From contig MFSH01000002.1 in the NCBI GenBank assembly GCA_001784875.1, positions 1,220-65,219 on the forward strand: DNA of 64,000 bases. The letters run 5' to 3'. Position numbers and translations under genes: made by a program. The notes under the pieces are model-generated. The model saw nothing but the letters and a program-made list of their open reading frames with translations, was not told where the DNA came from and did no database searches. The stretch comes from Candidatus Moranbacteria bacterium RIFOXYB1_FULL_43_19 (GTDB lineage Bacteria > Patescibacteriota > Minisyncoccia > Moranbacterales > UBA11712). How positions within the stretch are numbered: the first letter of the stretch is position 1; the number at the start of each line of letters is the position of its first letter. This document shows, in pieces, positions 9,828 to 19,500 of this stretch.

Positions 9828-10385
9828 CTATTCTGCTATTTTCAGGATTTCTCCAAAAACCAGCGGAAACTCGAAATATCCGTTGCCGGCATTGAGATGT
9901 TCCCCATCGGTCACAATAATCAGCTTGGCTTCAAGTTTTTCCCGCAAGATTTCTCCGTGCTCCATCGGAACATATGGGTCGTTGTCGGAATTTATTACAA
10001 TAAAATGCTTCACCGCCCTCTTTATCTTTTTATAATCAAAAGAAGTCTCAAAAAAATTTTCCAACTCCTCGATGCCGATTGACTTTGCGACACCGGCAAC
10101 CAGAATCGCGCCGCCAACTTTTTTGCCGCCGGCAAGAGATTCCAGATAGCGAAGAATTGCTGTCACACCCAAACTATGCCCGACAAGATACGTATTTTCG
10201 TCCGGCTTGCCGATAACTTTCTGCATATGCGAAACCCACTCGCCCATTTTCGGAAAATCAGCATTCGGCATTTGAGGAACAAATATCTCAAATCTCTTTT
10301 TCTCAAGTTCCGACGCGAGCCAGGGGAACCAATTGCTGTCCGGTGTCCCTTCCCAGCCGTGGATGATGAACACTCTTTTTGACAT
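9828..10385 (-). CDS. Alpha/beta hydrolase (RBBP9/YdeN-like serine hydrolase)
   Basis: 185 aa. It has the HGWEG oxyanion region and the nucleophile elbow GHSLG. Confidence 0.6.
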   Translation of the reverse strand: MSKRVFIIHGWEGTPDSNWFPWLASELEKKRFEIFVPQMPNADFPKMGEWVSHMQKVIGKPDENTYLVGHSLGVTAILRYLESLAGGKKVGGAILVAGVAKSIGIEELENFFETSFDYKKIKRAVKHFIVINSDNDPYVPMEHGEILREKLEAKLIIVTDGEHLNAGNGYFEFPLVFGEILKIAE

Positions 10386-10391
10386 AAATTA

Positions 10392-10994
10392 TCACTTATT
10401 TAACTTTTCAATCGACTTCGCTAAATCTTCAAAATTATGAATGATGATATCCGGTGATCCTTTTCTGAGCCGTGTTGCGCCATGGTATCCCCAAGTGACA
10501 GCGATCGTCGGCACCATGACCTTCTTTGCCTCTTTGAGATCCCCTAAAGAATCTGTCACAAAGATACATTCTTTTGGCTTTAACTTATGCTCCTTAAACA
10601 AAAGTCTGAATTTCTCGACTTTTGATTTGTGCGTTTCTAATCCCAAGACTCTTTGAAAGTATTTCGAAATTCCCGCCATTTTCAAGAATTTCTCAATTCC
10701 CTTCTCGGGACTACTAGAAATAATCGAGAGTTCATATTTTTTTGCCAGATTTTTGATCTGATTTTCGAGAGGAAAAAAATATTTATCGCTTATGCGATCG
10801 TTGTAATTTACACAAAAATATTTGATTTCTTTTTCTGAAAAAGTCAGAACGGGGCTCGCGAAAACATTTCCGTCCAGAAGATCTTTGTATTCTTTTATCG
10901 TAATATCGACCTTTTGTTCCCGATTTATGCCAAAACAAAGATCGAATGTATCCGCAATCACCCCGTCGAAATCGAAAACTATTGCTTTTAGCAT
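10392..10994 (-). CDS. HAD-superfamily hydrolase (phosphatase)
   Basis: 200 aa. HAD motif I is present as AIVFDFDGVIADT. Confidence 0.7.
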   Translation of the reverse strand: MLKAIVFDFDGVIADTFDLCFGINREQKVDITIKEYKDLLDGNVFASPVLTFSEKEIKYFCVNYNDRISDKYFFPLENQIKNLAKKYELSIISSSPEKGIEKFLKMAGISKYFQRVLGLETHKSKVEKFRLLFKEHKLKPKECIFVTDSLGDLKEAKKVMVPTIAVTWGYHGATRLRKGSPDIIIHNFEDLAKSIEKLNK

Positions 10995-11004
10995 AAATAT
11001 AATA

Positions 11005-11031
11005 TAGTACAGTATACTGTATTACTGTACT
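11005..11031. promoter_or_regulatory. Palindromic operator-like box, copy 1 (TAGTACAGTATACTGTATTACTGTACT)
   Basis: 27-nt element containing the perfect 14-bp palindrome TACAGTATACTGTA nested in the inverted repeat AGTACAGT/ACTGTACT. It lies between the TrpR-like gene stop and the HAD gene start, and is identical to the copy at 11491-11517. Confidence 0.6.
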
Positions 11032-11037
11032 AGCTTT

Positions 11038-11463
11038 CTAGTTTTTATCCAGCGCGTTGAGAAGCAGAAAATGAAGCGGATATTTTTTCTTGATCGCCCG
11101 CCATGAAAACGGCACCGCCGGCATATTTTCAACCCGTCGCTTCGCTTCTTTTTTGCTATGTCTTTTTATAATCTCCTTATATCCCCCGAATCCATTGTTC
11201 AGCCATTTTTCAACATGGCTAATGGTGGTTTTGCCAACTTTTAGCTGTTTTCTTATTTCTTCATAATCAAATCCATCCAGAAGCATTTTCGCAATTTGGA
11301 TCCGGCGAGAAATCATCACGACTTCGCTCAAAGTTAAAAGATCTTTGAAAAATTTTTTGACCTCGTCTCTGCCACGCAAAAGAGAAATCATCGAATAAAA
11401 TTCACCCAGAAACTTTTTCTTTTCAAAATCGGATAGTTGATTGTATCTTACTTTCCCCGGCAT
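11038..11463 (-). CDS. TrpR-like DNA-binding protein (YerC/YecD family)
   Basis: 141 aa. The sequence LSEVVMISRRIQIAKMLLDGFDYEEIRKQLKVGKTTISHV matches the Trp-repressor-like HTH. Confidence 0.65.
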   Translation of the reverse strand: MPGKVRYNQLSDFEKKKFLGEFYSMISLLRGRDEVKKFFKDLLTLSEVVMISRRIQIAKMLLDGFDYEEIRKQLKVGKTTISHVEKWLNNGFGGYKEIIKRHSKKEAKRRVENMPAVPFSWRAIKKKYPLHFLLLNALDKN

Positions 11464-11490
11464 ATTTTTGATTTTGTTTTTTATAAAGTT

Positions 11491-11517
11491 TAGTACAGTA
11501 TACTGTATTACTGTACT
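11491..11517. promoter_or_regulatory. Palindromic operator-like box, copy 2 (identical 27-mer)
   Basis: Exact repeat of 11005-11031, located 28 nt upstream of the TrpR-like gene start (minus strand). Confidence 0.6.
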
Positions 11518-11590
11518 GGAAGTAAAGTGCGTTTTCTGCTAAACGGCTTTGAATCATGGATTTCAGCGGGGATTTGAAGAGTTGGAAAAA

Positions 11591-12226
11591 TTATTTTATC
11601 GGGAGCTTTATTTCACGCTTTTCTCGAGTTTCCGCTTCGTATTCCCTCTGCCTTTCAACAAGTTCTTCCCTTGCCAGCGATTTAGCAGATTCGGAATAGA
11701 AGAAATTCTCTTCTTCAATTCTTTTTTCCATTCGATTATAATATTCATGAAATTTCATTTCCCTTCTTCTGATATCGGCCTCGAGACCAATCTTGGAAAA
11801 TCTCCAGAGTTTATCCGCGTCTCTCATGACTCCATCTTCTTTGGAGAAAAATCCTTTTCTGGTATCATGCTGCGAAATTATTTCAAGAATTTTCTTGATT
11901 TGATCCAAAGGATATTCCAGTTTTTCCAATATTTCTTTTGCCAGTTTCACTCCTTCCTTCTGATGTCGAATGCGGACATGCAACATTTCCTCTTTTGTGG
12001 CATTCGAATTAAAAATAATAAATTTTTCTTCTTCAGACAGCTGACTCCAACCAATATCGTGCAAAATCGCCGCGGGAACGACGATATCATCAGCCTCTTT
12101 TTCCAATTTGCAAAGCTTTGTGGCAAATTTTGTGACAATCTCGGCATGGCCCACATCATCTCTTTTATCTTGATACGGGAGCGCCGCATCCCAAATTTTT
12201 TGATATAGTTCTTTTTTGAAATTCAT
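11591..12226 (-). CDS. HD-domain phosphohydrolase
   Basis: 211 aa. The HD motif AAILHDIGW is preceded by a conserved His (VGHAEIV). Confidence 0.7.
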   Translation of the reverse strand: MNFKKELYQKIWDAALPYQDKRDDVGHAEIVTKFATKLCKLEKEADDIVVPAAILHDIGWSQLSEEEKFIIFNSNATKEEMLHVRIRHQKEGVKLAKEILEKLEYPLDQIKKILEIISQHDTRKGFFSKEDGVMRDADKLWRFSKIGLEADIRRREMKFHEYYNRMEKRIEEENFFYSESAKSLAREELVERQREYEAETREKREIKLPIK

Positions 12227-12228
12227 GG

Positions 12229-13083
12229 CTAAATTATATCTTTTATTAATTCCACTACAAAATCAAACGGCGGGTCGTCGAGAAGCACGACATCGAACAA
12301 TTTTTTGTAATGTTCAAGATTTTCTTCCACTTTTTCATTGAGAAATCCAACTTTTATGATATTTTCCGCGTCGAAGCCATCGCTCATGCCGGCATCTCCG
12401 GCATGATCGCCGAGAAGCAGAATATTTTTCCTGTTTTTTATCCGTTCATGGGCCGGAAATCTGTGAATCGCGGTTTCGTCTTTGTTGTGGCTGTGGATTA
12501 TGGGCTCACGGGCTCGCATCATATATCCTTGAGCGTCCCATTCAAAAGAATTCGCGACAATAAAAACATTCTCAAAGAATTTTCCCCTTTTGTTGAGAAA
12601 TATTTCGATAACTTCTTCACCGATACCGGAGGCAGACATAATCACAAAAGGAATTTGAAAACTGTGAAGATAATCCATGAAATCCTCAACGCCCCGGCGC
12701 AGATTTATCTTTCCCGAAGAGACAACTGTTTCCAGGTCTTTCACGTTGAGTTTTGATTCCCGAAGAAGATCGAACATCTTTGTCCACCACTCATCCATGG
12801 CTTTTTTCCGCTCAGGAAGCGGAATTGAAAGATCAAGCTCGATTGGCATATATTTATCCCTTAGCGCAAGAGCTTTTTCCGGATAATCCGGTGTCAGGCA
12901 ATTTTCTTCGCGAAGAATGGCGATAAGCGACGCTTTTTTCTGACCATCGAAAGTGTTGTGAGTCAGCGTCCGGTCGAAATCAGCCAAAACGTGCAATTTT
13001 TTCGCTCCGCCACGACGAATCGCCTCTTTTTTTCTTTCAAGTTCTTCCGGGTTCGCAATGATGATGTTTTTGTCATTTTTCAT
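12229..13083 (-). CDS. HAD-type 5'-nucleotidase (pyrimidine 5'-nucleotidase/UMPH-1-like)
   Basis: 284 aa. Motif I is LADFDRTLT, and the protein has the HAD cap-domain architecture. There is a 3-nt gap to the HD gene. Confidence 0.55.
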   Translation of the reverse strand: MKNDKNIIIANPEELERKKEAIRRGGAKKLHVLADFDRTLTHNTFDGQKKASLIAILREENCLTPDYPEKALALRDKYMPIELDLSIPLPERKKAMDEWWTKMFDLLRESKLNVKDLETVVSSGKINLRRGVEDFMDYLHSFQIPFVIMSASGIGEEVIEIFLNKRGKFFENVFIVANSFEWDAQGYMMRAREPIIHSHNKDETAIHRFPAHERIKNRKNILLLGDHAGDAGMSDGFDAENIIKVGFLNEKVEENLEHYKKLFDVVLLDDPPFDFVVELIKDII

Positions 13084-13128
13084 GAGTATAATCGAAATTA
13101 ATCATTTCCAAGCGGAAAAATCAAAAAT

Positions 13129-14124
13129 TTATTTTTGAGAAGCCAATTGTCCGCAGGCGGCTTCGATGTCGTTGCCGAAGCGATATCTCTGGGTGGTGAA
13201 AATTCCGGCTTTTTCAAGAATGGCTTTGAATTTTTTTATTTTTTCGGGCGGCGACGCTTTGAAACGCCCAGTTGGATTATATGCGATGAGATTGATCATA
13301 TATAGAGGCCTTCTTAGAAGCTTCACCAGTTCTTTCGCCTGTTCTTCCGAATCATTCACGTCTTTTATCATCACATATTCAAACATCACTTTGCGGTTGG
13401 TATTTTTAATGTATTCATCGACAGCCCTCAATACTTTTTCGAGCGGATATTTTTTATTCACCGGCATGAGTTTTCCCCGCAATTTTTCGTCCGGTGCGTG
13501 AAGCGAAATAGCGAGATTGACTTGGGGAAATTCGCGAGCCAATTTTTCAATTCCTTCAGTGATTCCGGATGTCGAAACGGAAATTTTTCTCGCGCCGATT
13601 CCAAAACAATTATCGTCATTGAGAATTTCAATTGCTCTTTTTAGATTTTCCCAATTCAAAAACGGCTCCCCCATGCCCATGAAGACAACATTAGTTATTT
13701 TTTCGTCCTTATCTTTGAGATGCCGCGCAAAAAACAAGACTTGTTCCACAATTTCCATTGCTGTCAGATTTCTTTTGAACCCCCCGCGCCCGGTTTTGCA
13801 AAACTCGCATCCCAAGAGACAACCCACTTGCGAAGAAACGCAAATCGTGTTGCGCTTGTCTGTATGCTTCATGAGAACAGTTTCGACTAAGAGACCGTCT
13901 TCAAGTCTAATTCTAGCTTTCACTGTTCGTCCGTCTTTTGACGGAAAAACTTCGGCTGAAAATTCAAGCGGCGCTTCCTTTTCCAGTCTTTCCCGAAGGC
14001 TTTTCGGAAGGGTCGTCGCTTCGATCCAGTCCGCGATGAGATCATGAAAAACCGCTTTTTTGACTTGTTTCATGCGAAAATCCGGCTCGGACTCGGCAAT
14101 TTTTTCAAGTTTTTCAATATCCAT
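13129..14124 (-). CDS. rlmN: 23S rRNA (adenine2503-C2)-methyltransferase, radical SAM
   Basis: 331 aa. The radical-SAM cysteine triad CLLGCEFCKTG sits in the RlmN/Cfr context (VSSQVGC...). Confidence 0.85.
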   Translation of the reverse strand: MDIEKLEKIAESEPDFRMKQVKKAVFHDLIADWIEATTLPKSLRERLEKEAPLEFSAEVFPSKDGRTVKARIRLEDGLLVETVLMKHTDKRNTICVSSQVGCLLGCEFCKTGRGGFKRNLTAMEIVEQVLFFARHLKDKDEKITNVVFMGMGEPFLNWENLKRAIEILNDDNCFGIGARKISVSTSGITEGIEKLAREFPQVNLAISLHAPDEKLRGKLMPVNKKYPLEKVLRAVDEYIKNTNRKVMFEYVMIKDVNDSEEQAKELVKLLRRPLYMINLIAYNPTGRFKASPPEKIKKFKAILEKAGIFTTQRYRFGNDIEAACGQLASQK

Positions 14125-14190
14125 ATGTAAAATGAAATAAAATCAGCTGTCCCGTGCTATAATAATTATATAAGCATTAAAACGAAAATT

Positions 14191-14586
14191 ATGAAAGGCT
14201 ATGTTGGAAACATAGAGGAAGCGGCAAAAGAGAACGAAAATTTCCGGCAGGTTCTTTATACGGGGAAAAATAGCCAGCTAGTAGTGATGGCTTTGAAGCC
14301 CGGCGAAGAAATCGGAGAAGAAGTCCACACGCTGGATCAGTTTATCCGAATCGAAGCCGGAAAAGGAAAAGCCGTTCTCGCCGGCACCGAACATGAAATT
14401 GAAGACGATTGGGCAATCGTCGTTCCGGCCGGAATGAAGCATAACTTCGTGAATACTGGAGACGAACCGATGAAGCTCTATACTATCTATTCCCCGCCGG
14501 AACACCGCGACGGCGTCGTTCACGCCACAAAAGAAGACGCGATGGCCGATAAAACAGATGAATTTGACGGAAAAACGACGGAATAA
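14191..14586 (+). CDS. Cupin-domain protein
   Basis: 131 aa with the cupin motifs EEVHTLDQFIRIEAGKG and PAGMKHNFVNTG. Confidence 0.7.
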   Translation: MKGYVGNIEEAAKENENFRQVLYTGKNSQLVVMALKPGEEIGEEVHTLDQFIRIEAGKGKAVLAGTEHEIEDDWAIVVPAGMKHNFVNTGDEPMKLYTIYSPPEHRDGVVHATKEDAMADKTDEFDGKTTE

Positions 14587-14614
14587 CGGAACCAAAACAT
14601 ATCTCCAACAAAAA

Positions 14615-14640
14615 AGCATCCTTACGGGTGCTTTTTTTTG
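14615..14640 (+). terminator. Rho-independent terminator after the cupin gene
   Basis: An AGCATCC-TTAC-GGGTGCT stem-loop is followed by T8. Confidence 0.6.
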
Positions 14641-14862
14641 GCGGAGACGACCCTCTGAATAATCTCGTATATTTTTTCAATCTTCGCTGGGCGGGCTACT
14701 CGGGTCTAGAACCCGCTCTCTTCAAGCATTCTAGGGCGTTTTTGACGATTCGTCCAGCATAAGGATTTGAGGTGTTCGGGTCTCAATTTTGAAAACAAAA
14801 TGAGACAAATGAGACACAGGACAGCCCGTGTCTTATTTTAGGAAATAAGACAGCAGAGTGTC

Positions 14863-15942
14863 TCATTTTCTAAAGTCTTTTTCAATAAGCTTTCGGAGGT
14901 TTTCTTCGCCTTCTACGCCCCTAAGGCGACCTTGAAGGAATCCAAGGCGGTATCTGACTCCGTCGCTCATTAGACGCCAATTTGTCGGCTTCAGAGCCTT
15001 CTTAAGAAGCCTTTGGAGATCGTGGATACTATCATATTCTTTTCGGCCAGATTTGGCATCCTGCAGGTTAAATCCTAAAATGACATCTTTCTGAAGTTCG
15101 GGTTTTTCAAGTTCAAGTTTTATGTAGCCAGACTTTTCAATCAGTGGGTTGAGTAAATTTTGGATCTCTGGAATAGTGAGTTTTTTTATATTATCAACTG
15201 CGTTATAAAGTTCCTTGTTTTCTTTTTTATCTCTCCAGCTATCCACAATATTTTTCATCTCTTCTATCTGCCTCATAAATTCAGCCCCCTCGTGTTCGGG
15301 AATGCAATATTTCTTTCGATTGGCTTCAAAGTCAGGATCAATTATTTCTTCCTTCTTCTCATCTAAATCCATTCTATCAATTTCAACGTGGCCACACTTC
15401 GAGCAAGTAGATTCCGTGGTAATAATATTGCCTTTTCGGACACTTTTTTCTTGGACTCCTGCTTTACATTTTATGCAAGTCGGCTTGTATTCCCATTCCT
15501 TGCCGTTTTCCCAATAGGATCTGCGCTTACCACATTTCTTGCACTCGAACATAAAAAGGACTTCTTCCTTGCCTTGATGGTTATCCATAAGATCACGAGA
15601 AGTGCAGTTTTCCAAAGGCGAACTGCATCCGAGGCACCGAATTCCTTGTGGCTCTCTGGCATTGGCAAGTTTTTCGTCTGTTGCTTGGTCACGCTTCATC
15701 CATTCTTGAATCGCTTCTGATTTTTTAGAAGCGCAATCAGCTTTCATAATATTAAGAACAAGCTGGACAGCTACATTTTCAAAATATTCCTTTTTAATTT
15801 TTTCCAGCTTTTTTTCTTTGCTTTTTAATTTGGAAATGTCTTTAGGATATTTTGTGTTATCCCAACGCTGGCATTTTTCAATAGTGACCTTATCGTAAAG
15901 CTCACTATAATAAATATAATCTTTAAGATGTTGATACGACAT
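14863..15942 (-). CDS. Hypothetical protein with multiple CxxC zinc-ribbon pairs
   Basis: 359 aa containing CLGCSS, CKKCGK, CIKCKAG and CSKCGH. It is the last gene of the four-gene minus-strand operon, and its start overlaps the upstream stop. Confidence 0.5.
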   Translation of the reverse strand: MSYQHLKDYIYYSELYDKVTIEKCQRWDNTKYPKDISKLKSKEKKLEKIKKEYFENVAVQLVLNIMKADCASKKSEAIQEWMKRDQATDEKLANAREPQGIRCLGCSSPLENCTSRDLMDNHQGKEEVLFMFECKKCGKRRSYWENGKEWEYKPTCIKCKAGVQEKSVRKGNIITTESTCSKCGHVEIDRMDLDEKKEEIIDPDFEANRKKYCIPEHEGAEFMRQIEEMKNIVDSWRDKKENKELYNAVDNIKKLTIPEIQNLLNPLIEKSGYIKLELEKPELQKDVILGFNLQDAKSGRKEYDSIHDLQRLLKKALKPTNWRLMSDGVRYRLGFLQGRLRGVEGEENLRKLIEKDFRK

Positions 15943-16577
15943 TATTGCGTATTAGGAGAATCCGAATTTATTTCAATAAATTTATTAAAAGTAATTGCTT
16001 TCCCGCCTACTGCTTGCACTTTATTTCTAAAAGATTCGTCATTAGAAACTAGGATTAGATTTTTAACAATCGCAGTCTCACCAATGAGCGCATCTTCGAT
16101 ATGTTTTAAATTGCCATTCTGCAATGCTTCAAAATATGTTGTGCCATCTAATTTTGCCTCGCCATCTAATCTAGACACATCCAACACAAAACTTTCCGTT
16201 GGAATCTTAACGCCGTTTCCCCATTTGCATTCATTCCATTTTGAAACGCCCCAAACTGCTGCTTCTGTGGGAATTTTTACTCCATTACCAAACTTGCAAG
16301 CTCCAAATTTAGAAACACCCAGCATATTAGCTTCGGTAGGAATCATTTCTCCATTGAACCTGCTTAATATTAAAAGTAACTGATTTTTCTTTTCTTTTTT
16401 ATCCTCGCCCATAGATTCAATCTCATCTTCCTGAATGTGGGTAATATAATATTTCAAATTTTTCGGCAATAAATTTAAGTCTATTTTATTGTTCAATAGT
16501 TCATCGAATATATTGGTATCAAACATAAACCCTTGTGAGTTTTCTTGTCTTTTTGATTTGGTTTTTATTTTTGTCAT
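15942..16577 (-). CDS. PIN-domain protein interrupted by three ~23-aa tandem repeats
   Basis: The N-terminal FMFDTNIFDELL and C-terminal GETAIVKNLILVSNDESF are PIN-like. The middle has three IPTE..GVSK..KWGNGVK repeats, encoded by three 69-bp DNA repeats. Confidence 0.5.
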   Translation of the reverse strand: MTKIKTKSKRQENSQGFMFDTNIFDELLNNKIDLNLLPKNLKYYITHIQEDEIESMGEDKKEKKNQLLLILSRFNGEMIPTEANMLGVSKFGACKFGNGVKIPTEAAVWGVSKWNECKWGNGVKIPTESFVLDVSRLDGEAKLDGTTYFEALQNGNLKHIEDALIGETAIVKNLILVSNDESFRNKVQAVGGKAITFNKFIEINSDSPNTQ

Positions 16578-19500
16578 TTCTTATTTAGATCCCAATATTT
16601 ACTCGGATTTCTATTAAAAAGGTTCTTTATAATCTTCTTGGCATCTTTATCTGATTTGGATAATTCTCTTATGACAGAAACTATTGCATCTGATTCATGT
16701 AAATCTATTTCATTAGGAAAAGAAAAGAATATCTTTGCAACTTCCATAAATTTATCTTTTCCCATTTTTTCACTAATAAGTTCCAGGATCCTCGAATGAT
16801 ACAGTGTAGGATACCATCTCACTTCCGAAAGCTTTCCAGATTTCTTTGTTTGCTCATAGAAAATAGCTTCGTTTTTAAAACATTTAAGAAGCAAATTATA
16901 CCAATTGTTTATATGCTTGGCATCCTTTTCCTGAAGTTTTTTCTCTATGGTTTGGTAGATAAGATTGTATATGTTATGAGCATATTTATCAGTCATAAAA
17001 TCAAGATATTCAAGGGCAAGCTTCTCATATTCATCGACCTTGTTTTCTTTAACCGCAATTTCTCGCATTAGATGTTCGACGGAAGCAGCAAATTTGAAGC
17101 AACTGTCGGGATCTTGTTTCTGCATATCCTTTATTATTTCTTTTATTGCTTTTTTGAACTTCTTGTCGTTAAACTTACCTGGCCCGAGATCGTCATAAAG
17201 TCCCGGCAAACTAAACCTCCACTTTATGTAGGCATCTTTTCTGAATTCAGCAAGGTATATAAACAAGGATGCTGCTTCATCAATCGCTTCTATTGGAAGT
17301 TTTCTTAAATTTGTAACCAATTTCCATGAATCAGCCTCATTCAGTGATCTTATAGGATCAAAAGCATGCAATATACTTTTTGTCATTGCCTTTTGAACAT
17401 TAACTGGCCATGAAACAAGCCTATCCAGTAGATCAAAAGCTATTTTTTCCACTTTCTTTGACATTTTCAATGCTTTCTCTTTGTTATCATCAAAGAAAAG
17501 GGTGTTTCTATCCGAGGGCAAGACAGTCAGTCTGTTTCTTGCGAGTTGTCCGAGAGCAAAACAAGCCATGTGAATAACATAATAATTTTTGTCTTCGGAA
17601 AGTTTTTTTACCAGTTTAATTATTTCATTAAGTTGGCTCCGTCCTTCAAGAATCGGACATTTCATCAATGTCCATCCGCACCATCCCCTGACTGAAGTTA
17701 TTGTGCTTGGTTCTTCTCCCTGCTCAATTTTCTTGTGTTCATTATATTTATCTTCTTTATCATTAGGATCTTCTCCTGAAAGATATGGATCGGGATCATT
17801 AATAAAAACTTTTATAATTCTTATCGCCTTATCTATTTGTTTATGGGCAGCCAATCTCACCGCAAATTGAACGAATGCAGAACGACAACTATCATCATAA
17901 AATCTCTGGTAAATTTTTTTGATATCATTTCCAGTGGATTTTAGATATGGATCTAGGGCATCCTTATAAATTTTATTCAAAAATGTTAAGTCGGTAGCCT
18001 TATCATTTCCTCGGTTATTAAATAGACTATAAGCAAATATTATTTGCTGACTTTTATTTAACCTTTTCTCTCCTTCCAAATCCCTAAGTATTTCGAGCCC
18101 TTTAGAGTAATCTTTATTTAAAATGTCATGGAGTAATCCCGCTACATCGTAAGCACCAAATGCGTCTCCTTTTTCTGATTGGACATATTCACTTTTTAAA
18201 AAAGATTTAAATAATTCAACAGAAAAATCACTATCAACATCCAAAAAAGCTCTAATACTCAAAACAGAATCAATTTCAAGTAAGCGATGTTTATAATAGT
18301 CCGGGCTAGCAAACCATTTTTTTAGCTCCGCTTTTGCTTTAGCATGACCATTCTTTGCAAGATTAGTTATGATCTGCTCTACAAATGGATTTACAGGCAC
18401 TCCATATTTTTTTGTTGTTAACTCAACCAGCCTCCATTTTTTGTCGTCGATTAAGTCACTGCCAACAACTGCTTGATAAATCAAATCAGATTTGTGCGGA
18501 ATGCCTCTCCTAGAGAGGATGAGTTCCTTTAGAATTTCAAATGCTTCTCCAGACGTTTTTTTATCAGCACTGGCATATCTTTTTAATACAATATGATAAA
18601 CAGAACGATTAAGAAAATCTGGTCTTTGTTTTGAAACCGGTTTTGTAATTACTTTATTTTTTGCTTTTTTATCGGTCTTACTCAGGCATCTTTCTTTGAT
18701 AAAATTCCAGCAATCATTTTCATTTTTTGTATAATATTTATCAATAGCATTAGTAAATACATTGACAAAATGACGATCATATACATGATGCGAACCGCTG
18801 AATGATATACCTCCACCAGAATGTTCCCAACCATCAAAGCTTATATTTTTGCTGTATGTTTTATAGAACTTGTCATATTGGTTAACGACTTCCTTAACCA
18901 ACCCTTCGAAACGGTTGAGAAAATCTTTCCCCTTAGTTAATTTATTAATCCAATCAATAAGAATGTCAAAAACTTCCTTGGGTGAGTAATGACTAAATTC
19001 GCTGTCGTCTTCAATAATATTAAAAACATTTATAATCAAACGAAATGTTTTTTCTTCAATATTGGGGTCTCCAATATTATAAATTTTATGCAATAACTTG
19101 CAGATCTGTTCTTTTTCCCATTTTCCATGATCAAAGTCGTTGTCTTTAATATAGAAAAACTGCTGACCATCAAACGTTAATAAATCCTTTACAATAATAA
19201 ATGCATCATCAAGATACTTTTTCCCATTTTTACTATCAATAATTTTTGTAAGTATTTTAATAACATCAACATCAAAGAAATCTGAGCGATAAAAACTTCG
19301 ACTTGTTTTAGTGTATTTTTTTATGTATCCAAGCACATATTTTATATTTTTCTCCGTTTGCAGATTATTTTCAAAAACGTCAAAAATACCAAATGTAAAA
19401 TGATACACCTTATTCAACTGCCATAACTTATCCCATTTTTTTAGATCAAGTTCGGTTCGTGTTTTAAGTCTGTCCATGGCAAACGACATTAAATCCCAAC

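Noticed and set aside
9742-10035. 97-aa plus-strand ORF
   Set aside because: It overlaps the well-supported alpha/beta-hydrolase gene on the opposite strand.
14686-14740. Possible complete tRNA gene at the left border of the island
   Set aside because: Only a T-arm/acceptor-like 3' half can be folded. No D-arm or anticodon arm is present. I treated it as a tRNA-derived fragment (a possible att remnant), not a gene.
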